Assembly (NCBI GenBank): GCA_951406725.2
Contig: OX597815.1
Location: 129,890,001 to 129,954,000 of the forward strand
DNA from: Octopus vulgaris
Taxonomy: Eukaryota
Length of the DNA: 64,000 nucleotides
Direction: 5' to 3'
A program made the position numbers and the translations under genes. Below, one piece after another: positions 54,653-64,000 of this stretch. How positions within the stretch are numbered: position 1 is the stretch's first letter; each line of letters starts with the position of its first letter. The notes beneath the pieces are model-generated. The model did not search any database, was not told the DNA's origin, and saw only the letters and a program-made list of their open reading frames with translations.

Positions 54653-55513
54653 TCGTATGAACGGATATATGTATGTGTTTGTGTATGAATGCATAAATTA
54701 TGTCTGTGTGAATATAGTGGTCACCCGTTCTGCTAAAAGTAACAGTCACACCCCCATCAAATTATACACTATTATTTTAAATAAGGAAAGGAGGAAAGGG
54801 CACATTACGTAATATATCCTTCTACATTGTTTCAAATGTCGGCTGAAGGTCAGTAAGTTTAGGTGAAGGGCTTTGTCGACTATATTGACCCCAGGTACTT
54901 GACTAACCCTTTATTTTATCAATACCGAAAGGATAAAAGACAAAGGTGACCTCGGCGGGATTTGAAATCAGTACGGAAGAGTCGGAAGAAGTACCACTAA
55001 ACATTTTATCCAACTTAGCTCGCCGTCTTAATGCTCTTAATCCTTTTTATGCATCCGAAAACCTGGAACTGGGATTTTTTTAGGTTGGGTGCACTGGGTC
55101 TGATTTTTACATAGAGGTAGATTTTCATGCTGACTCTGAAAATCACAATGAAAAAAAAAAAAAAAAACAAGAAGTTATGATACTTTAAAACTTGAATTTA
55201 GCTTATTTTTGTAATATCCATCCAAATCTTGACATGAAAATCCACAATTTATTTCTATATGTCCTCATAGCAATATATTCTTTCAACTCTACAAGTACAA
55301 AGCCTGAAATTGTGGGGGATGGGGTTAGCCAGTGCTCGACTAGTACTTACTTTATCGACCCCCAAAAGATATAATGTAAAGACAACCTCAGCGGAATTTG
55401 AACTCAGAACGTAAAGAATCACAAGAAACGCCGCTAAGCATTTTGTCCAGTACGCTAACGATGCTGTTAGTTTGCCTCCTTATAGCAACTAATTGAAACC
55501 GTCAAATGGCTAT

Positions 55514-55586
55514 GGGTTTAGGGCGTAGAGTTAGTTAGGTTTAGGGTTGGAGTTGAGGTTAGGGTTAGGTTTAAGGTTAGGGTTTG
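55514..55586 (+). repeat. Degenerate (TTAGGG)-like interstitial tract
   Basis: tttaggg..ttaggtttaggg..ggttagggttaggtttaaggttagggttt. Confidence 0.55.
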
Positions 55587-56981
55587 TAGTGCTTTACAAA
55601 ATTTCACTATTACCGTTAATTTGTTTTCTTTCATTTCATTTCACTAAATATATTTATCTTTAAAGATCTTGTGACATTTTTACTATTAATTTCTTAAAGG
55701 CGTCGCGTTGGCAGAATCGTTACCGCGCCAGACAAAATCCTTAGCGATATTTCGTCCGTCTTACGTTCTGGGTTCAAATTTCGTCGAAGTCGACTTCGCC
55801 TTTCATATTTTCGGGGTCGATAAATAAAGTACCAGTTGAGTACTGAGGTTGATTTTAATGACAACCACTCTCCCGCAAAATTTTAGCTCCTGTGCCTGTA
55901 ATAGAAAGGAGGCTTATTAATTACTCAAAACCTGTTGCAAAGTGGTAAACTTTTATGCTTTGCAGAATTTGTTTTGGGCCTTTATGTTCTGAGTTCAAAT
56001 TCAGTTGAAGTCAACTATGCTTTTCATCTTTATGTGATCGATCAAATAAAGTACCTGTCAAGTTTTAAAGTTGGTGTTATCGACTAACTTCATTCCATCA
56101 AAATCGATGGCCTTGTGACTAAATTAAAACTAATCGTTAATTTCTTAAAAACAAAAAAACGTTCAGTTTTTCGTAACGTCAAGTCTCGGGAAAAAAAGTT
56201 ACTTTGTATGACGTCACCAATATGTGCAGCGAATGAATAGATCTGATTGGTTAAAATTGAAAAAGATTCAGTGATTTCTTTAATTTCGTAATTTCTTTAA
56301 TTTCACAAAAAAAAAAAAGAAAGAAAAACTCGTGATTTTCGTAATTGGCATGCAACACTACAACTGTGTAGAAGTTTTCTATAAAGTCAGATCCTGTACA
56401 TCACACTTAAAAAATCCCGGGATGGCTACATCCAGAATATCTTTGATTAAAGGCTATTTGATTAGGATTGACTTGGAGTGAAACAACAACGACAGAAACA
56501 TCTATTCAAAAGCTGTCTTTAGTTTCACATTGAAGCAAGAAAGCTGTTGATCAAATGGATAGAATATAAGTCAACCATCGTAGAGATCACCAGATCGGTG
56601 TTTACCGATCTCGTATTTCTTGTTTCTGTGGCCAGCTTACTTTACTCTCAAACAGGCTACAGACTAGAATAATCGAACAGCGGAATCTATTTGATCGAAC
56701 GCAAAGCTGAAATGTGTGAGAGAAACCGCGAACGAGCTTAATAGACGTGTTATACTGATCAATTATGACCAACATAACACATTTATAAGGCCGGCAACAT
56801 TAATATAATTACATTTTGGAAGTTGAATATGTTATTTGTTAAGTCCGATGAACTCCATTTTATACATTAGTGGTCTATTTCAGATTCAGCATGTATATGA
56901 GTTTAGTTGCAAGTAAATAATATCTACATAACTAAATAACTAAATAAGATCTTTCACAAATTGGTGAAAATATTATTGATG

Positions 56982-57721
56982 CACGAGGACTGATCAATAA
57001 GTATCCGGACTATTACCATAGTAACGAAGCTAAAGCACACAGAGTAAAGCCGCAGAGCACAGATTGACCTTGAACTCTGCTGTGCATGCGCACTCAGTTT
57101 AAACGTTCTAGCTCGCTTCCGCTGTTTACAACAGTGCTCCGAAGGGACGTGTGTAGCGTGTGATTGTTGCATTGAACATGACAGAATAAGGTGAGCAGAA
57201 AATCAGCATCAAATTTTGCCAAATGCTTGGTGATACCTGCTTAACGGCCTATGCAAAGTTTTCAGAAAGTCTTCATCGTTCTCGACACAATCAAGGAAAT
57301 CTTGTGCAACTGAAACTCGAGTGTGCTTTTGGTCAGCTGAAAGTAGTTTTGGCACAAACTTGGCAGACACACGTCTCATATTCAAATCTTCAGTGATAAC
57401 GGACTGAACTGAACCGTAACTAATCTGCACATCCTCTGATAACTCAGGGATGGGGATTCGACGATTTCCCTTCACAGTTCTGCTGGTTCCGGGTCTCCAA
57501 AAACGTTCGTCAATTTCGACATTTTTTCCAATGCGACGATCACACGCTACACACCTCCATTCTAAGCAGTGCTGTAAACAGCGAAAGCGAGTTAGAACGT
57601 TAAAACTTAGTGCGCATGCACAGCAGAATTCAAAGTCAATCTGCGCCAAGTGGCTTTACTCGGCGTGCTTTACCTTCGTAACTATAGCGACAGTCCGAAC
57701 ACTTATTGATCAGCCCTCGTG
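56982..57721. mobile_element. Mariner (DD34D-type) non-autonomous element with ~190-bp inverted arms
   Basis: CACGAGGACTGATCAATAAGT...ACTTATTGATCAGCCCTCGTG; internal transposase pieces EQKISIKFC (+) and ISYGSVQSVITEDLNMRRVSAKFVPKLLS..QK (-). Confidence 0.9.
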
Positions 57722-58416
57722 TATCAGTATATATGTGTGCCCACTATTTTTTAATATTAAGTTCTTATATAATCGCAATCAAGACCATCTGAAAGGTGTT
57801 TGCAGATAAATTCATTAAAAATGTACGCATTTTTATACCTCATAGTCAATTATTCCGAAACTCTTTTCTATCCCTCTCCGAAAAGCATTTTCACTATAAA
57901 TTCCGATATTATCGTACTCTACAACACCTAAAAGATATTTGTAGGAAACTATTACCAAATATCAATTTTTTTAAAGTTATGGGGAAACAAAGTCGCTGAG
58001 GCGTGGAAGTTGCTACAGTGTTATATTTGTTTTCCGACAGATAACAACGTCATTCAAAGATTTTGTAGTCTGACTGTAACTTTCGAGATTTCTGAGATGT
58101 ACGTGTTTCAGGAGTGCAATGATCTGAGAAATTGTACTGAAACCGAAACAGTTACACCACAGAAGACTCAGGATAGCTATTTAAATCACACGTATATTGG
58201 TATATTCACATTTGGTTTGTTTCGAGATGCTATGTGTGCCCCTAGTCTGTCGTGCTAGTTGCATGGATGCCTTAGCCTTGTTTTAGGTCGTCAACTGTTG
58301 ATAGAATCGAAGCAAGACTGTCGTGGATATAAGGCTTAACGTTGATATTTTCAGATTTGGCAGAATCTATCTCTCTTCTGGACTAAACTCAGCCGATTAC
58401 TTCCAGAAAAAGAAAT

Positions 58417-58465
<49 letters not shown>

Positions 58466-59230
58466 AGCCTCTGCAGGATTTGAACTCAGAACACAGAGAA
58501 CTGGAAAGAATACTTCAAAGAGCTCGATCCAACTTTCTACCGACTCTACCAATGTTGTCACCATGACTAAGTGGATACTTTTCCTCTGGAGCCGTAGTAC
58601 TAATAAGGTCGGTTACCCGGTTTCCATGGCGCATAAGTGACTATCATAATGTTCCCCTGAACTGAATGCCAATTCGTCAAAGAGTTCAAGGCCAGCAGTT
58701 TTGAGGGCAGGGGACAAGTCGATTATATCGATTCCAGTACTTTACTGCCACTACTTGACTGGCATTTCATTTCATCGACCTTGAAAGGATGGAAGGCAAA
58801 GTTGACCCCGGCGGCATTTAAACTCAGAGCGTAAAAAGCCGGAAGAAATGCCGCTAACTATTTCGTCCACCGATTCTGCAAGCTCGCTGCATTGCATAGA
58901 TAAACGGAGATGGAGATAAAAAGGATGATACGTTGTAAGTCAATATAACGCTACTGCTACCCTTTTCAAACATGCGTCACATCAACTCTATGTAAGCCTT
59001 AGACAACAAATGTCGAAACAACACTAAGGCCTACCTCACTAATAGGGAACAATCTATAACGGTAGATGAATGCAAAGGGTAAAGGCAGAGTCAGATGAAT
59101 GGGAATCGACACCATCTAGATCAGTTCAGGAGGTTTACGTACCGTAATAAAAATGGATATCTACTGACCAAAGCCTCTGCAATCTAGTTTCGCTGCCATG
59201 ATATTGTCGAGAATATTGCACGGAAAATAG

Positions 59231-59885
59231 AAGGCGGTGAGCTGGCAGAATCGTTAGCACGCCGGGCGTAATGCGTAGCCGTATTTCGTCTGCCGCTACG
59301 TTCTGAGTTCAAATTCCGCCGAGGTCGACTTTGCCTTTCATCCTTTCGGGGTCGATTAAATAAGTACCAGTTACGCACTGGGGTCGATATAATCGACTTA
59401 ATCCGTTTGTCTGTCCTTGTTTGTCCTCTCTGTGTTTAGCCCCTTGTGGGTAGTAAAGCAATAGGTATTTCGTCTGCTGTTACGTTCTGAGTTCAAATTC
59501 TGCAGAGGTCGACTTTGCCTTTCATCCTTTCAGGGTCGATGAATTAAGTACCAGTTACGCACTGGAGTCGATGTAATCGACTTAATCCGTTTGTCTGTCC
59601 TTGTTTGTCCTCTCTGTGTGTAGCCCCTTGTGGGCAGTAAAGAAATAGGTACTTCGTTTGTCTGTCCTTGTTTGTCCTCTCTGTATGTGTAGCCCCTTGT
59701 GGGTAGTAAAGAAATAGGTATTTCGTTTATCTTTACGTTCTGAGTTCAAATTTCGCCGAGGTCGACTTTGCCTTTCATCCTTTGGGAATCAATAAATAAG
59801 TACCAGTCGAGCACTGGGGCCGATGTAATCGACTCAACCCCGCCATCGAAATTGCTGGCCTTGTGTCAAAATTTGAAACCAATAT
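59231..59885 (+). mobile_element. Multimeric SINE family B array (about 3 units)
   Basis: acgttctgagttcaaatt..gtcgactttgcctttcatcc at about 59298, 59482 and 59735. Confidence 0.88.
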
Positions 59886-62604
59886 ACACCACTTACTGAG
59901 AACTGCCTCAAACTAGCCATCGTTGCAAAGGCTTATCAGCAAGAGCAGCCCCAATGGTGCAAGAATGAGAAAGTAAATCAAATTATAACTTTATTTCGAG
60001 GAACATTTAATGGAATTATTTCTTTATTCGTCCGAAATCTTTTGTTTCAACACAGAATGGAAAAGAGAATAAAACGATGCGAAAAAATGTTTAGACGTAT
60101 GGAATGAAAGAAGAAAGAAATTCAGCTAAACTTCAGCTTCTATCTCATGAATTTTAATTGTCAATGACAACGTAAATAAAAATAAAATTTGTACAGCCTT
60201 AGAAGAGATAAAAATTGTCTTTCTGAAAATGATTTCTAAATCTTCCTGATACTGTTTAAGTCGAAAAGTTTTTGTCATTTCAATTCCATCATCCATCAAA
60301 CTAACTCGCAAGACTTTCTTCCTGAACTCGTCTCTTACCACAACTGTCATTTAGTCTTGTTACACAAACGTAGTTACAAAAACACTACAAGTTTCTATAT
60401 TTACGCGCACATATAAATACACACATTCATTCGATAATTCTAAATCAAGATTAATTACACACCCTTCGAATGTCACGTTATGATGAATTTAATATTTGAT
60501 TTAAAGGCGATAGGTGACAGAATCCCAAGAGCGCTGTACAAAATCATATACAGTATTTCGTTACGTTTCTTTACATTTTAATTTTAAATGTTACGGACGT
60601 CCATTTTACCTTACAACCTTCCGAGGGACGTTAAAATAAAGTTCAAGTCAAGCACTGCGATCGATTTAATTGGTGTTTTTATACCAGAATTAGAAATCAA
60701 TATTCTATAAGTTCTATAGTGAGTGCCATAGTGCCATATATTTGCTTCCTTTCCGTGTGGCGGGTGTATAAATAGATTTTAATTTCTGATACAAAAACAA
60801 TGACTTGTGTAGAGAATAATAAAACTCACTTTACGTGTGTCGAGGTTTTAATTTCTGACAGAAAGCAATTTTAATTCAGTCAATATCGTTAAAAATCATT
60901 GGTGAATATGTGACCATTATATCATCTTGTTTTTCTTTACTTAAAATATCAGACATTTGTAAGTGCAGAGCGCAGAACAACCCCAGTATTTTCTAATATC
61001 AATTTCAATAGGGCACATATAAAGTAATGAATTAATTTTAGGGTCAAACCCCTAGTGTTTCTTCTTACACTAATCGAAACAACTAATTTAGTGTGTTACT
61101 GTATTTGATGACATAAAAGACGCACGTCTATTTCAGCAGCTCATACAGGAGAAAAAAAGGCTTTCAATGCATTAAAACATGTAATAGAGGCCCAACTTCG
61201 CATATAGTATCCGGTGTGACATTTTTAAGAAAAAGAAAGTATGTCTTGTATGCCTTCAAGTAAGGTAATTATTGCTGTGTATTGAATGTTAAACTTACGT
61301 AATCATATTCTAGAGAATAAATTACTCTCTGATGACACTTATAAATATCATATATTGAATTTATATATGTACTTTTAATATTTTTAGATTATGTAGAATA
61401 TAAACGAGAAAATGCATGATTTTGCCTGCAGCGAATCTGATGAAACTCCAACAGGGCCAAATTGCGTGACTCCGTTTGTTTGGAAACTGTCTTTGTGCAT
61501 ATCTCTGTATTTGTTTCCCCTCTCGTCTTTTCTCCTTTTCCCCTCTTTCAGTCTCTTTCTCTCTCTCTCGCTTTCTTACATCTATCTCGTATATCCAACA
61601 CCCCCTCCTCGATAAAGTAAATTTATCTAAGGATTAATTAATTCATTTGATGTTATATAATCCTTTCAAAGCAATGAAGCTTCACTATGTCGTTGCGGTG
61701 GTAGTGGTGGTGGTGGTGATGATGATGGTCTCCCGGCAATTAGTATTTGCAAAATGGCTTCCATTCTCATTTTATGCGTATCATTCAATTCGTTGTTGCT
61801 GTTGTTGATGGAGCAGATATGTGATGCAAAGTTTTCCAGATGTGACCATCCAGCCTCTTTAAATAGGTTTGACAGAATTGGCGAATACATCTTCCTCACT
61901 TTTTAATACGATAGTGTGATTTGAGGGAAATATGGTTGCTATTACTAGAAAGTCGGGTGACTGCGTTGTGGCATTTATATCGTCATCGTTGTTGTTATTT
62001 AACCCCCAGGTCAACCAAAATCAAATAAATCTATAATCAAAAGAAATCAAGCTGCGACCATTCTATCATTTATTCGATGTTTCTGAGACTACTCTATCTC
62101 CTATGTCCTTCCTATTTTAAAATTGTTCGCAGTAAATTGTAGTTAGACATCTGACTACTATTTTTAAAAGGTTGAGCAGCCACGTAGCAGTTCACTCCTT
62201 ACATATCAATATACTACTCATTTCTTGTTATATAATGCTACAGATAGCTTTTCAGAAGCCCTTTTCTTTCGCAGACCCAAATCTCTCACTTCTCAAGCTA
62301 CATCGTATTTAAACTTTGATAGATAGTATCTGTATGTAGGTTCTACTCTCCTCCGCCACTCAACTCTCTCTCTTAGATATCAGTAACAGAAACTTCCAGT
62401 TACTCGAAGTCTTCCTTCATCCATATACATTTTCTTCTGCATACAGAAATCCTTCAGCCACCAACAACACTTCGTATACACCCCTTCTTTTCCTACACTC
62501 AGACATACTCCAACCATCAACGTCTCTTCTTACATACGCTTTCCTCTTCTGCGCTCACCAATTCCAAAGCCACCGCAACTCTTCGTATCTTTTCTTTTAC
62601 CTTT

Positions 62605-62778
62605 CACTCGTTTAAGTCATAAGACTACGGTCATGCTGGGGCACTGCCTCGGAGAATTTTTTTCTAAGCCTGGCATTTTTTCTATCGGTATCTTTTGCCA
62701 AACAGCTAGATTATGAGGACGTAAACACATAAACACTGGTTGTCAAACGGCGAAGGGGGAAAAACAACACAAAGAACC

Positions 62779-62823
<45 letters not shown>

Positions 62824-62980
62824 CTTATGTAAAAATATTATTATTATTTACAGGATTACCAAATCCATTCACAAGGTTTTGGTTGGCCCGAGGCTATAGT
62901 AGAAGACAGTTGCCTAAGGTGCCACGCAGCGGGACTGAACCATGAGCCATGGTTGGGAAGCAAACTTACCACACAGCCAC
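62605..62980 (-). mobile_element. SINE family A copy (diverged)
   Basis: ggcccgaggctatagtagaagac..gggactgaacc..cacacagccac. Confidence 0.78.
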
Positions 62981-64000
62981 GTTTGCATCTCTTCCTCTGC
63001 TTCACCCAGTAGTCTCCGTCTCCTTTCCCCAGTTACTGAAAGCACTACATTTACACCTCTTCTTTCATCAAGGACCACCTATCTTTGAAAATCTCAATGA
63101 CATCTTCATTCTCACACCAAACTCGTATAGATGAAACTGGTGTAGAAACTGAAACCTCTGCAATCCTCAACTCTGTACGTCAACGTGCTTCATCCCCCGC
63201 CCTACGTATTTCTGTACGACACACGGACGCTCCAAAAAACTTACCATCCCCACCTTTGCCAAACCAACACGAGGCTTCACAAGTTCTCTGCAAAGTATGT
63301 CGCATGCAACCTATCAAAAATAGACACTTCACTGAAACCATTCTCTTAGTCATTCTCCACCATATCCCTCTTGCAACCAACACTCACGGTCCTTGCCTCA
63401 TGAAGTGGTTCACATAAAGCCGTGTTACAGATGTTCAGGCAAAAATGCGACCTGCAATACTTGGGAAGCTGCGCTACATAACGAACAGTTTTTACTCAGC
63501 GCCAAACCTGCAGACTCGTTGATATGAAATCGTTCACAAGATAAATAACTTGGTTTAATCCCCCGTCCAATTTAGATGTCTTCTCAAATATAGCAAGGAA
63601 CTCTACTAGTACACACATATACACCCATGCATACACACATACGCATAAACTCTTCAATGTCAGCCTAGTCTTCTGTGACATATTATGGTCAACTAAAAAG
63701 GTCTAATGTACGTGACGAAAAAACACACCTGACAATCACAGGACATTCGTGATGTTATATAACAGACATCCCATTTGCTTTTGAAACAATTGTAGTTCTC
63801 AACGAACTTTTCTATCGCATATATTTACACATTTGATTATTGCATTATAATCAACCTTTGTTGTTTTTGAAATGAAGTTGTATAGTACCTGCCCTCTTAT
63901 CTGAATTTTCTATCTAATCTCGATATAAGACGAACTGTAATGCACTTATTAATAAATTTATTGGTCAGTTATCGAGTCATCTGTGTTCCCTATACAAGCC

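Noticed and set aside
55514-55586. Chromosome-fusion telomere relic
   Set aside because: Short, degenerate and single-orientation; such tracts are common inside invertebrate MITEs
60126-60350. 74-aa ORF faintly like an RTE endonuclease
   Set aside because: Too little motif evidence to call

Overview
AT-rich, microsatellite-saturated animal DNA. The SINE families and the TA/CA/TATC/TAA microsatellite load point to a coleoid cephalopod, most likely Octopus (inferred from recalled repeat sequences, not a database search). The window is probably intronic or intergenic, and no host protein-coding gene can be identified with confidence. Almost all ORF-track entries are microsatellite artefacts or transposon fragments. 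Supported content: a decayed Penelope-like element (RT plus C-terminal GIY-YIG) with a hammerhead ribozyme; a full-length 5.3-kb Tx1/L1-clade LINE with a 14-bp TSD; a CR1-type LINE; a cluster of R4/Dong-type LINEs in (TAA)n tracts; RTE and CR1/L2 remnants; maT/DD37D and mariner DNA transposon relics; piggyBac-like and Helentron-like MITEs; more than 25 tRNA-derived SINE copies; and several long hairpins. The most interesting observation is that the Tx1 element sits inside a ~350-bp partial-tandem repeat, immediately upstream of a same-strand minimal hammerhead ribozyme. Other leads are a twister-like fold in a palindromic repeat, an antisense hammerhead in the Penelope-like element, and a few candidate micro- or first exons.
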